Below are positions 1-14,241 of a stretch of 64,000 nt of DNA, one piece after another. Location: the NCBI RefSeq assembly GCF_009914755.1, contig NC_060925.1. One strand, written 5' to 3'. A model generated the notes under the pieces. The model did not search any database, was not told the origin of the DNA, and was given only the letters and a program-made list of their open reading frames with translations. Source of the stretch: the human T2T-CHM13v2.0 reference genome, Homo sapiens. Both the position numbers and the translations under genes were made by a program. Position 1 is the first letter of the stretch. The number at the start of each line of letters is the position of its first letter.

Positions 1-446
1 CAAATTCTGTTCTGTGATCACACCTTGCTTTCTCTATTGAAGGCAAAAAGTATTGAGCATTTATTATATGAGACACTGGGCTGGGCACATTGTTAAATAG
101 AATAATAATAAGCGCTAGTTGTAAATAAAGACCTAAGATAACAAAAACAGATCTAAAATAGCATATGTGTGTTGTGAAGTATTTTCCAGTGATTATACTT
201 GGCTGTCTTTCTGGATGTCCAAGGCAGTTATTTGCAGTCACTGTCACACTTCTAAATCCCTGGTGTAGCTTGCAGTCTTGGTCATTATTTAAAACTCTGG
301 TTAGAATGATGGTGATGGACTTTTTTTCATATAGAAGCAGTTCTCAAAGATTTAGAGCATTAATTATTTGCTCCAAAATCAGAGATATGTCTAGTTTACA
401 AGACGTGGAAATAAGTCTGTTAACTTTTGATCTCTTTGTATTTCAG

Positions 447-611
447 GTGGTGGCCAAAAAATATCGCAACTTTGATATTCCAAAAGAAATGACTGGCATC
501 TGGAGATACCTAACTAATGCATACAGTAGGGACGAGTTCACCAATACCTGTCCCAGTGATAAGGAGGTTGAAATAGCATATAGTGATGTAGCCAAAAGAC
601 TCACCAAGTAA
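447..611 (+). CDS. CLIC4: CLIC4 (chloride intracellular channel 4), last coding exon, 54 aa + TAA
   Basis: Polypyrimidine tract and acceptor (tctctttgtatttcag) end at 446. The exon translates [54 protein letters not shown], which I recognise as the CLIC4 C-terminus. The upstream part of ORF 165..611 is intron. Confidence 0.97.
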   Translation: MVAKKYRNFDIPKEMTGIWRYLTNAYSRDEFTNTCPSDKEVEIAYSDVAKRLTK

Positions 612-3600
612 AATCGCGTTTGTAAAAGAGATGTCTTCATGTCTTCCCCTAAGAATACGCTTTTCCTAACAGGCTACTCCTTCCTGTAGAGCAGAAATTG
701 TATTTTGCACGAACATGCAGTTATTGAAGATTAGGATCAAGGATAGACAAGGTATAGTAGTTATCTTAAAATATACACTCCTAAGCAGTATTATTTTAAA
801 ATCCTTTACCCTGGCTACCTCCCCTACCCGGGTTCCCCTCTCTTTAATTTGGAGACACTCCACCACAAACTTTTCACTTTAGAGGTAGCTTGCCATCTCT
901 CAGGAGCCCTCACCATTGTGTCCATTCACTGTGTATAGATGGCAGAACTTTTGAGGTGCAATGTTTAATTGTTAAAAATAGTAGCCACGACTTTATCAGG
1001 CAGCCCCAAACTGGTGCATAATGCATGGTACAAGAAATATTTATGTATTTTTTGGAATTTTGTAATATTTAGTAAGAGTATATGAAAGGATTGCTACTGT
1101 ATCAGAAATATTGTTTCAATTTAGTCTATCCTGGATATGTACTAACGAATATTACCACCAGAGAAGAGAGCTTTCTACAAAAGTCACTACAGATTTTGCT
1201 ATATTGCTTTGTAGATAGATTTTTACTTTTGCCTAAAAGCATTTATCCTTCATACCAATTGTAACATCTGACACCATGTAGAAGCTAAAAGTTTAGAGGG
1301 AGTGAGCGTTTTCTCAAGACCTTCCTCAAGCATTTTATCTTTAGAAGAGAAACTGATGGGCACCTGATACTCTGTCTAAATACGTTTGTTATATGTGTTT
1401 TGCCCTGTGCCATTCATTTGGAACTTTATTGCATTCTTTATTTTAAAAAGCTTGTTTTTACGTAATCATAGAGCTTGCTATTTGTACATCTGTTGAGCAA
1501 CACTACATAACTGATTTTTAGTTGACTTAGCTATAGCAGTACAATGATTAGTAATGTAAAAATTAACACAGAAATTAACCTAAGGAATGAAGGGTGGGTT
1601 TGTCAAAATATCAAGTAAATTTTTGTTTCTAAAGTACATTTAATGTAGATGACCTAAAGAATGCGTTATCCATCCTATATAAAAGAAAGATAAAACACAG
1701 GTCACCAATTTTCTCATTTCACCCCATTTACCTTGTATAGAGGATTGTTCATTCCTTTGGGACTAAGTTATAGTTATGGTGAGTGTGTATTTACTGTAGT
1801 TTTGCCTGATCTCACTCATTGCACTTCCTGGAGTTAAATTTTCCAACAGCCATGTTGAGGAATAGCACTCTGCATGTTTTTGTTTTGTTTTTCGGGGTTT
1901 TTTTTAATTGAAGCCCTAAACCAGGAATTATTTGTGTTCTAACAGGAGGATGAACTTGCTGAAAATAAAACTTTGCTATGTATTTACTCTTTTTTAAAAG
2001 ACAAAAGCAAAACCAGACTTTCTACGTACTACTCCAAAGACTGTGATTGTGACTATAATACATTTTTGGTAATTTTTTTATACCTAATTTGTATAGGAAG
2101 TGCTATTTCTCATAGGCTGTTTCTTGAAATTTTAAGTTTATTGCTTTAAAATGGCAGTGTTTCTCCCACTTTGATATGCTAACATTTAGTAAGCACTGGC
2201 TTTATGAAAGCGGCTTTTTATAAGTATACTGCATTTTTTGAGCCTATCATTAATTAGCTTAGTATGAAAGATAAGAAAATCTCCATGTTGTATCCATTTG
2301 GCTCAGGAAGATTCTTTGCCTTACCTTTCTTAGAACTCTTTATTGCTTATCAAAAGTTTGAGTACCCGCTTGGTTTTTTTTTGGTAATTAAATATTGTAT
2401 GATTTATCTGGTTCAAGGAAGATGCACTATTCAGTTATCTATTGAGAAATTATTTTGCAGTGGTTTTAGTGGGTGAAAATGTCCCATCTGCACCAGTACA
2501 CAGGCAGGCATTATCATTCTTCACCTACTTTTTAAATAGTGGCAACTTGGGATTCATTCTGGTGATTCTGAACCTTGCCTCATAGCTTAAAGTATAAAAA
2601 AGATTCAAGAGCAGTGAGGTTTGTTCTTTCCAGTGAATGGTGGACTGAGTGGTGCGAGGTGGAGGGCTAACAAGAGGAAAGAACTACATTCTTCAGAATA
2701 CAGTGATGAAAATTCATTTTGAAACTCAAATATTTTCATTTTGGATATTCTCCTGTTTTTATTAAACCAGTGATTACACCTGGCCATCCCTCTAAATGTT
2801 CTAGGAAGGCATGTCTATTGTGATTTTGATGAAGACAGAATTATTTTTCTCTGTAGAAACACAGATACCACTTTATCAGGGAAGTTAGTCAAATGAAATG
2901 GAAATTGGTAAATGGACAAAAGCTAGCTAGTAAAAAGGACGACCCAGCAACATGCTTTAACCCCATTGTATGTTTGTGGAAAGAGCATAGTTTAACATCT
3001 TGAGAAATTTGGGACATAAAGTTTTCATGGTAGACAGTTCATGCAGTATATGAATTGACATAATGGAAATAATCTGATTTTATTTTTACAACTAACATCC
3101 ATTCCCCTTCATTTAAACACCTTTTGTGTTTTACTTCAGTGAGGAGATTGGAGTCTGAATGGATCTGTTTTCCAAGAGATTCTGAGAAATTTTTGTATTC
3201 AGCAGTTGGAAAGCTCTCTATTCTAGTTGATAAAACTTCCCTTTTTTGATGTAGATGCAGATATTCTATACAGTTCTGTTGTCTTTTACTAGGACTGTAA
3301 ACTTTTGTGATAAAATTCAAATAAGATTTTATTTCTTGGTAATTTTGGCTTTCACAATTTATCTTTAAATCCTTGAGCAATCTGTATACAATTAAGAGAT
3401 TTCTGACATTTATTCTTACACTAAATGGATCAACTCTAGGATTTAGGCATGTTAACTTCTGTTGTGTTTTGAATCTCTCCAGAGTTGCATGTAGATAGCA
3501 TTTATTTCTGTGCCCTTAAACCCATTTAGAAAATAACTACAAAGTAAAAATGTAGAGGAAATAGAAATGTATTTTTTCATGAACATTTTGATACAAATTT

Positions 3601-3995
3601 CATCATTTAATGATTCACCAATTTCTTGCATTAATTTGAATTTAAGCATTTAATTCAAAGAGAGGGGAGCATCCATTATTGATACATGTGGGCTTTTAAA
3701 AACTCCATCCTTTATAAATAGTCAAGGTTTGGGCCACACAAAGTATATTTTTATCATGGAAAAATTTCAACTCCTCAAGCCGTAATGTTGAACAGAATTG
3801 GAGTATTTTCTTTATAATTTCTTGAACAGGCAAATGAAAGCTTATTATAGAATGCATGTATTTTCTTTTATCTTTGGAACATCAGCACCAGTATATTGCT
3901 GGCAGCTATTGTATTAAAAAATAAAGTATATTTTCACTATCATAAAGGATTCTTTTTTCCCCCCTCATGAAAATAAACAACAACTTGGGGTAAAA
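612..3995 (+). other. CLIC4: CLIC4 3' UTR
   Basis: AU-rich sequence with no obvious interspersed repeats after the stop codon. It ends after AATAAA (3972-3977), which is followed by GTGTTT and a T-rich tract; L1/Alu repeats start just beyond. The cleavage site is inferred. Confidence 0.85.
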
Positions 3996-4020
3996 GTGTT
4001 TGAGACTACTATTTTTTTTT
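3913..4020 (+). terminator. CLIC4 distal polyadenylation region
   Basis: ATTAAA 3913-3918, AATAAA 3920-3925, AATAAA 3972-3977, then GU/U-rich downstream elements (gtgttt, tttttttt). Confidence 0.8.
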
Positions 4021-4039
4021 CTATGAGTGATTCAGCACA

Positions 4040-4480
4040 TTTAATAGGTTAAAGGAGAAAAACCATAGGATCATTTCAATAGGTACAGAAAATAACTTGA
4101 TTAAAATATTCATGCTACTCATTCTTAGCAAAATAGGTAACTTTTTTTTTAACCTGATAAAGACTTTTATTGAGAACCTATAGCAAATGAAACAGAAGCG
4201 ATCTCGTTAAAGTCAAGAATAAGACAAGGTTGCCCTCTATCACAGCTACTATCCAGCTACTTTAACAGCTACTTTATTTAGAGATATCCTAGCCAATGCA
4301 GTAACATCAGTGAAAGGAATAAAGAATGGAAAAGAAGCAACAAAATGACTGCCCTTTGCAGGTAATGATGTTGATGGTGTGTATGTGTATAAAATCCAAA
4401 ATAACTTACAAATACTAAAAATAATTCAGCTGGATTTCTAGTTGCAAGATCGAGGAACAAAATTTAATATAACTACTATA
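4040..4480 (+). mobile_element. Degraded old L1 ORF2 fragment
   Basis: aaccataggatcatttcaataggtacagaaaa and aagtcaagaatagacaaggttgccctctatcac resemble the L1 RT-region consensus. Confidence 0.65.
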
Positions 4481-4707
4481 TACAAATAGTAAGCACATTG
4501 AAAGCCAATAGAGAAATTGGTAACATTGGTTTTTTTCTGGAGGAGAATTGGGTGCCTGAGGTAAAGGGGTGGGAAATTATCAATGTATACTTTTAAGTTT
4601 TTAGAAATTGGTAAATATATTACCTATTCTAATAAACAAAAAGTGCTTTAAAAAACGAATAAAGATCCTAAGTGATTGAGGATCAAATCAAACAATGTGC
4701 AATTCCT

Positions 4708-5019
4708 AGCCAAGCATGGTGGCTCATACCTGTAATCCCAGCACTTAGGGAGGCCAAGGTGGGAGGATTACATGAGGCCAGGAGTTCAAAACCAGTCTGG
4801 GCAATACAGCAAGACCCTGTCTCTACAGGAAAAAAAAAACAAAAAACAAACAAACAAAAAAGCCAAGTGTGGTAGCATGAGTCTGTAGTCCTAGCTACTC
4901 GGGAGGCTGGGGAAGGAGGATCTCTTGAGCCCAGGAGTTTGAGGCTATAGTGAACTATGGTTGTGCCACTGTACTCCAGCCTGGGTGACAGAGCAAGACC
5001 CTGTATCTTTTTTTTTTTT
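4708..5019 (+). mobile_element. Alu (J-like)
   Basis: Dimeric Alu body with middle A-tract; flanking direct repeat GTGCAATTC at 4697-4705 and 5022-5030. Confidence 0.9.
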
Positions 5020-5039
5020 AAGTGCAATTCTTTATGGAG

Positions 5040-6560
5040 AAAAGTACAAGACATTATTGAAAGGCCTGATAGAAATTTGTTCAATGGATAGGCATACCAT
5101 ATTTATGGATGGAGAGCTCAAAAGCATGAAAATTTAAATTCTGACTACTTATAAATATATTTGCCAACAAGATCCTAACAGGTGTTTTTGGAAACTAGAT
5201 AAATGGATTCAAAAATTCATGTGGAAGAGTTATGCCCCCAAATAGCCAACATATATTTGAAGATGGGGAAAGAGAACTTGTTTGACAAGATACCAAGACT
5301 TAATAAAAACTTACAGTAATCGATGGGTAGGATATAGGTCACAGCAACACAATACTACTGCTGCAACAACCATAAAAAACTATTAAAACACCAAAATAGG
5401 CCAGGTGCGGTGGCTCAAATCCCAGCACTTTGGGAGGCCAAGGCAGGTGGAATCACCTGAGGTCAGGAGTTTGAGAGCAGCCTGGTAAACATGATGAAAC
5501 CCTGACTCTACTAAAAATACAAAAAATATATAACAATAGTGATAGAAGGAAGGTAAGTGGAGTTAAGTACTTGCAAGATTCTTAGGTTATTTGGGAAGTG
5601 ATGAAAGTACCAATTTAAGAAAATGATAATAAATCATGGATAAATATCACAATTTCTAGGGTAACTACTAAAAGAACTACAAGAATAAATAACTTAAAAA
5701 TCTAAGACTTAAGGAGGAAATGGAAGTTGAAAAAAATTCAATTCAAAAGAAAGGACAAGGGGATCAAATGAACAAAACATAGGACAAATTGGAAAAATAG
5801 CAAAAGGTTAACTGTAAATCCAACACTTAGTAAATTTATGAAATGTAAATGGGCTGAACAATGTTAAGTGTCAAACTGGATAAAAAATCAAAACCCAATA
5901 TATGCTATTTACAAGAGACAAATATATGGGCCCAGAAGGGTGAAATTAAAGAATGGAATAGTTAATTCATTGACACAGTAAATAAAAAGAAAGAAGATGT
6001 GCCTATCATACAAAGTAGGTTTTGAGGCAAGAAGTGTTACTGGAGATGAAAAAGGATGTTTTACAATATAGGACATTGATAATCATGAACATTCACTATG
6101 AAAATGTTAACAGTCCTGCATTTCTGTGTATCTAATAACACCTTTAAATAAAAATTGACTCAAAGAGAAATGTCTGCAATTATGAGGTCAAATTCATCCT
6201 CATAATTGGAGATTCTCAACATAGCTCTCAGTAACTGATAGAACAAGGAGGAAAACACGTGCGTGTGCACATACGTACACACATAGGAATAGCAGAAGAG
6301 AGAATAACACAACCACTTGACCTAATGGATGCATATGGCATGCTATATCCAACAACTGCAGAATGTACATTCTTTTCAGGTATATGTGGAACTTTTAGTG
6401 AAACAGACCCTATGCCGAGCCATAAAACAAGCCTCAACAAATTTCAAAGGAATGAAATACAAAATACGTTTTCTGACCACAGTGGAATTAAACTAGAAGT
6501 CAATAGTTGAAAGATACCAAGAAAATCCCCAGAATAAGGAACTACTTACAGTAGCCTACA
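5040..6560 (+). mobile_element. Old L1 fragments, including the ORF2 endonuclease region; Alu left monomer at ~5399-5526
   Basis: ORF 6259..6510 (LDLMDAYGMLYPTTAECTFFS...FSDHSGIKLEV) matches the L1 ORF2 EN domain (DIYRTLHP..EYTFFS..SDHSAIKLE). Confidence 0.8.
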
Positions 6561-6572
6561 ACCCATGATGAA

Positions 6573-6884
<312 letters not shown>

Positions 6885-6889
6885 TAAAT

Positions 6890-7559
<670 letters not shown>

Positions 7560-7581
<22 letters not shown>

Positions 7582-8580
7582 AAGAGCACGTTTGGTTGGT
7601 TTGTCCTGAGGGGCAGGTCTCTCGCACCAAGCAGGAGGTAGAGGTCTCGGGCCCAGAGGGGCCCTGCATCCCCCACCTCCTGCTGCGAGAGGCATCAGCC
7701 GGCCTTGTCCCTAAAGCCCCTGCTCGCTTTCCTGTCACCACTCGGGTGCGGTTCCGAAGTGGCCAGCAGGGGCCGCGGTTCCCCTCCTTTCGGCGCCACT
7801 TCTGCAAGCAGGGCTGGGACAGCTGCAGGACCTCGTCAGTTTGGGGAGCTGCCAGACCCGATCAGCAGCGTTGTCGGCTTCCTTCCTCTTTATCAGATCT
7901 GTCAGGGCTGCTGCGCGCTGCGAAGGCGCCTCCGGCCTCCTTCCCTCCTTCCTGTGTCGAACGGACGCTCCCCGGCGCCGCTGCGAACCGACACCTCCGC
8001 GCCTCCCCCGGCGGGGCAGGGCAGGGACCCGCTCACACCCTAGGTGGGGTGGGGTGGGAAGTGCCAGCGGTCTGGGTGTGACGGAGCCAGCCAATGTCCA
8101 CGCGAGGTCAGGTCGCACGTGGGCCTCGACGCTGGCACTTCTGCATGTCCCTGGTTCTCGGCCGGCCACCGGCAGCTAGAGGAAGCGCTTCGCCCGCGAA
8201 CCACAGGGCTGGGCGGCGGTTGGGTCGCGGCAGGGCGAGGGCTCCGCTGCGGTTGGCCCCGAGCGGCGTCCTTCCCCCGGGGGCCCCCGATCACTGCCTG
8301 GGGACTCGAGAGCGTCCCCGCCGCCGCGCCAGGCGCCAGTTCCCTGCTTCTGAGAGCGCGCACGGGAGCCCGAGCGAGCCCTCCTGGACGCCCGGCACAG
8401 GCCGGAGCGCCGACCGCGGGAGGGGCCGCCTGGGCACTAGGAAAAGGGGCCACGGTTCCAGGCGGGGCGGTCCCCGCTCTGCTGACTCGGACGGGCCTCA
8501 CTTCCCCGCCAGAAGAAGCGGCACCCATCCACGGGGAGGGACGGCCTCGGGACATCCTTTGGGGAAGCCAGTGACACATT
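7560..8580. promoter_or_regulatory. Intergenic (orphan) CpG island
   Basis: About 1 kb of very GC-rich sequence with many CpGs against a CpG-depleted background; GC boxes (GGGGCGG ~8464), CCAAT 8091-8095, CACGTG 8116-8121. Confidence 0.85.
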
Positions 8581-8929
8581 TCTGATCCAATTTCTTATAA
8601 GAAATAGATAAACCTCAGTTTCTTCCTGTGCTTCCTTTCTCTAATTTCCTCAGTCAGATAATAATTGTCATTAAACTCGATGTACCAGTTATTGTGCTAA
8701 AGTTTTTAAAATGTTTCAAGTCTCTTCATATTCTCAAGTCTATTAGAGGAGGGACTATTCTTGTCCCCATTGTTTTATATAAAGAAACTTAAACCTAGAG
8801 AGGTTAAATAATTTGCCCAAGATCACACCAGGAACTGATAGAGGTCATCTGGCTCCAGAGCTTAACATCGCACTGGGTTGGTTGCTGTCACCTCCCCTGT
8901 GCAGGGTTTAAGGAGACTCGAGGAGGCTG

Positions 8930-9340
8930 ATTTTTTTTCCTCTTCTCCTCTTCTCTCTTCTCTTCTCCCCTCTTCCCCCCTCTTTTCCCCTCCCCCCTCC
9001 CTCCCTCCTTCCCTCCTTTCTCTCTCTCTTTCTCTTTTATTTTTTATTTTCTTTTCATAGGCTTTCACTCCCATTGCCCAGACTGGACTGCAGTGGTGCA
9101 ATCTTGGCTCACTGTGACCTTCAGGGAAGCTGATTTCTTAGCCCAGCTGTGGAACTGTCCAGAGCTCCCCAGCTACCCAAGTGTATTCCTCCTCTCCGCC
9201 TCCTCCTCTTCTCCTCCTCCTCCTCCTCCTCCTCCTTCTCCTTCTCTCTCTCTCTCTTTAATTTTTTAAGAAACAGTGTCAAGCAATCCTCCTGCCTCAG
9301 CCTCCTGAGTAGCTGGCACTACAGGCACGTGCCACCCCAA
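8930..9340. repeat. CT-rich low-complexity tracts, (CCT)n/(CT)n, with short Alu fragments
   Basis: Pyrimidine runs at 8930-9055 and 9190-9260; Alu pieces at ~9060-9120 and ~9280-9340. Confidence 0.75.
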
Positions 9341-9691
9341 GTGGCCTTTTCCAGCAGGAAGTTTAGGAGCCTAATGAGCGCAATGCAAGCAGAACCAAAT
9401 GGTTCCAATACCACGCACCAAGTGCATTGGCACCACATTTCTGGGTAAAAGGGTCCTGCTTGGCAGGGGGGACTTTGAGGGGTCAGGGAGGGCAAAAGGG
9501 GCCTCTCCCCTTCCTTGGCTCAGAGATGTTCACGCAACTCCCTGCCGTCTGCAGAGGTCACTGTAAGCCAGCAGACTCATTCTCACGTGGCTGAATGGAG
9601 GTTTTCCAATCAAGGAAGGGGCAAGAGAAGAAAAGCCCAGGGCCCTCTCCATTCCCTTCCTTCGTAGACATGCTTTTAAAAAATGATTTAA

Positions 9692-9861
9692 AGGCTGGAC
9701 ACGGAGGCTCATGACTGTAGTCTCAGCTGCTTGGGAGGCTGAAGTGGGAGGATCGCTTGAGCTCAAGAGGTCAAGGCTGGAGTGAACTAGGTTCACTGTG
9801 CTTCAGCCTGGACCACAGAGTGAGACTCTGTCTCCAAAAAAAAAAAAAAAGAAAGAAAAAA
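9692..9861 (+). mobile_element. Alu monomer (FRAM-like)
   Basis: Right-arm Alu sequence with A tail. Confidence 0.8.
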
Positions 9862-11049
9862 GATTTAATCTCATCTCTTAAATAATTTACTGCGGAATTG
9901 CTGCTAATCTTTACAGATCCTCCAAGAATTCTATGGTTTATGCCAGCATCATGAGTTTGCCCCTTACTATTTATTGATTTTTGGTCAGAAAATGTAAATA
10001 AATTTAAAAAATGTACATAAAGTGAAGCCCAAATCACTGGTGCACAGTATTGATTTGATTATCAATAGAGATTTTTTGTTGTTCAATCTGCAGTGTTCTA
10101 AAGTTACCTTTCAACTTGAAATTCTAAGCCAGCTTGCATTATCAGATTTTTTAGAAACCTTGATGACATCAAGCTGGAAATATTCCAGGACCCTCGTCTC
10201 ATTGAAGAAAGAGCTAAGGATGAGTGACTCACCCAAGGCTCTGTTGGTTGCAGAATGGGGGCTCCTTGGACCAGACAGTGTGTTTAGCAAAAACATATGA
10301 TGGCAACCAGGCTGGGACAGAGTTGCTACTAGAATGACATCTTTATCCCCTCGTCGGCTTTCAGGGAGTTCTCTGACTTCCTAAGGAATGGGCTTAACAA
10401 ATAATCCTTGGCAACCAGAATGTTGATCTCATGTTTAAAAATATATTTATCTAATGTTAAAACACACGCACTTAACTATATGGCATGCTCTATTCATTAA
10501 AAAATAATACTGTTGAATGCCTCCCGGGTGCAAGGCCCTGGCTGGATGTGAATTAATGAAGACACGTGATTTCTGCCTTTAAGAGGCTTCCAGGATCACA
10601 AGGGAGAAAAGACATGAACACAAATAACTGGGCCATAAAAGCAGAAGGTGAGAAACGATTCTCAAGAGACTAAAAGTACTATTTATTCATCCATTCACAA
10701 AAACGTATTGAACCTACTTTATGAAGATTCATAAAGGGAACTTTTCACTAGGAAAATCAAAAGGGTATCAGGGAGGAATTTTTTTTTTTTTTTTTGTACA
10801 GGTTTTGAATTGTTTAAGTGATTATCAAAGCAATTCTGCTCATCGTACAAGTTTTGGAAAGTACAGAAAACGGTAAAGAAACACATACGCAAATTTCCCC
10901 CAAATTTACCACCCAGAGACGACTATTTATAGTGTGTTTTCCAGCCCATTTGGCGAGGATTTTTTTTTCCTTTATGAATTTTAGAGCTTAATTTCTATTA
11001 CAAATCTGTTATACCATAAGCATTTTCCCATATCATCTGGAACTCTTGA

Positions 11050-11355
11050 TTTTTTTTTTTTTTTTTTTTTTGAGACAGGGTCTTGCTCTATTGCCCAGGC
11101 TGGAGTGCAGTAGTGAAATCTTGGCTCACTGCAGCCTCAACCTCCTGGGCTCCATCAGTCCTCCCCCCTTCACCCTCCCGAGTAGCTGGGACTGCAAGCA
11201 TGCACCACCATGCCCAGATAATTTTTGTATTTTTTTGTAGAAACAAGGTTTCTCTATGTTGCCCAGGCTGGCCTCAAACCCCTGAGCTCAAACGATATGC
11301 CCACCTTGGCCTCCCAAAATACTGGGATTACAGGTGTAAGCCACCGTACCTGGCC
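11050..11355 (-). mobile_element. AluJ
   Basis: Poly-T plus Alu consensus; flanking repeat ctcttgatt. Confidence 0.9.
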
Positions 11356-11689
11356 TCTCTTGATTATTTTAAGGCTATTTTAAGGCTATTTGCCTGATGT
11401 TTTCAACCACAAGGACCCATCATAATCACCTCACTCATTCCTGACTGTAGGACGTCGAGGTTGTTTCCAGCTTTTAATCGCCACACATTTACGTTGCAGT
11501 GGACATCTCTGTATATACCGCTTTGACTGTACTTCAACTTCTAAGTTTCAGAGGAAAAAATTGGAAATATGAACATTTTTAAGGAGAATGATAAATATCA
11601 CCAAAGTATTAGCCAGAGTTTCTAAGGAAATGTTAACAAAAAAAAAGTGGATGAAAGGTAGGAACATGTTCAGGCTTTTGATAAATCTC

Positions 11690-12160
11690 ACCAAGTGGCT
11701 TGCAGAAATACTTCATTAGTTTACACACCCCCAGTGCCTGTACAAATGCCATCTTCTTACACTTCGGCTAACAGAGAGCAGTATCTTTGCTGACTTAATG
11801 TTATTTCATTGCTATTTTGCATTTTTTTGGCCCTTAGAGAGATTAAACATTCTCCCCCACGCTACCCCCTGCCAATATTTATTGGCCATTTGTATTTGTG
11901 TTTTATTGTTTATGTCCTTTACCCTTTTATTCATGGACACTTTTGTCTTTTTTAATCCATTTATGTAAGCGCTGTATAAATTAAGGATTCTAACCATCTG
12001 TTTGTGGCATTTCTGCAAGCTTTTTCCCGGTTGTTTGTGTTTTAATTTTGCTTGTATTTTTTCATCATACTGGAAGTTTTTATTTTTATGTGACACGGAT
12101 CTGTCAAACATTTCCCTTGTGGTTTCTTCCACAGCTTTGAAGCTTAGAAAGCCCTTCACC
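11690..12160 (-). mobile_element. Old L1 (L1M-type) fragment
   Basis: tattggccatttgtattt...taaggattctaaccatctg...gcaagctttttccc resembles antisense L1 3' ORF2. Confidence 0.6.
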
Positions 12161-12308
12161 CTGTAAAGACCAGTTGGTGAAGGGAGTTCCCAGATGAAGG
12201 GTACAGTGGGGGCTTGGCCTGGAAGCTGAAGGAGACACTGTCTTGGGTGCATGGTGAGTTGAACCTGCACTTTCAGGCCCAGTCAGAGACACCTTTTAAG
12301 ACTGTGCT

Positions 12309-12653
<345 letters not shown>

Positions 12654-12862
12654 TCAAGCAAGATGATGACATATTGGAGGGGCTGCGAAACACAGATTCT
12701 ACATCTTCACAATGATACATGAATATTGGAATGTTTTATTTCTCATGAGAACTACAAGAGACTTCTTCCGGATAGCTATTATGGGAAATCCATAGTTCGT
12801 TGCTCAGTGAAACTGAAGAATTCTCCCATATTTCTTGAGTCTGCAGCTGTTTGGGGATTTCA

Positions 12863-12984
12863 TTTTATTTTTTTAATAGAGACTGGGTCTTGCTATGTTG
12901 ACTAGGTTGATCTTGAACTCCTGGGCTCAAGTGATTCTCCTCCCAAAGTGCTGGAATTACTGGCATGAGCCACCACGCCTGGCC
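12863..12984 (-). mobile_element. Alu monomer (FLAM-like)
   Basis: Left-arm consensus in reverse. Confidence 0.8.
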
Positions 12985-13714
12985 TGTTTGGGGATTTGAG
13001 CGTGGTGTTTCTGCTTTGATTCTATTAGCACCAGGAAGGATCCTCCAGGCCCACACATTTCCTTCTTACTTTGCAGCAAATTGATACTTGCTGCTTATTT
13101 GCGCAGCATGTCGCCGACACCTTCTCTCCCTGCTTGGCGTGGCTTCCCTCCAAGCCTGGCTGACCCGCGAGCGTGGCGAGCAGACCTCCACTTTTCTGCC
13201 TTAAGGAAAATGGTAGTTTCAATAACTGATTCTGCTAGAGAAACCACACTTGAACGATTTGTAAAATCTCTGGGAAGGAGTTATTCTGGGTGGCCAATTT
13301 TTTGGTGAATAAAAAGCATATTCCTTCGAGGACTGTTTTACTTTTTAGTTAGACACTATGTGGAAATGTAGGATACCTCTAGGCCCTTTTTTCATTCTCT
13401 TTGACAAGAATACATTCTTCAGTGAAATACTTAAAAGCTACCCAGAATCCTTGCCTCCCAACACAAACATTCCATTTGTTTCCGTCCTGCCTTTCATGTG
13501 CATGTACATTTCACGGGGCCACAAATCATTGTACGGACTCTCCTGTGGTTCTGCCGGTTTCACTGACCAAGGCCTGATTATGTGTGTCTAGATTTTATAC
13601 AGTGAGCATAAAATGATAATTTAAGAACATTTTTATTGAAATACACAATATGTAAATATTTAAAACTTTTTTATTGGGATACACAATAGTCTGTACACAG
13701 CACACACAGAATAG

Positions 13715-14035
<321 letters not shown>

Positions 14036-14241
14036 TAGTTTGAATTTTTGAAAACTAAGCACACACATGTAACCAGTCCCCAGATCAAGAAAGAGGACAT
14101 TACCAGCACCTGGAGGTCCTCTCCTTACCTGTTCCAGTCACCAACCTCCCCCTTCCAAAGGTAACAACTACCCTGATTTCTAACAGCATAAATTAATTTG
14201 GACTGTTTTTGACCTTTGATTAATAAAATCATAAAGTATGT

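Noticed and set aside
165-446. N-terminal 94 aa of ORF 165..611
   Set aside because: Intronic read-through upstream of the clear splice acceptor at 446; no CLIC similarity.
7596-8585. Six or more overlapping 110-180 aa ORFs in the CpG island
   Set aside because: GC-rich DNA lacks stop codons in all frames; Arg/Gly/Pro/Ala-rich with no recognisable domain.
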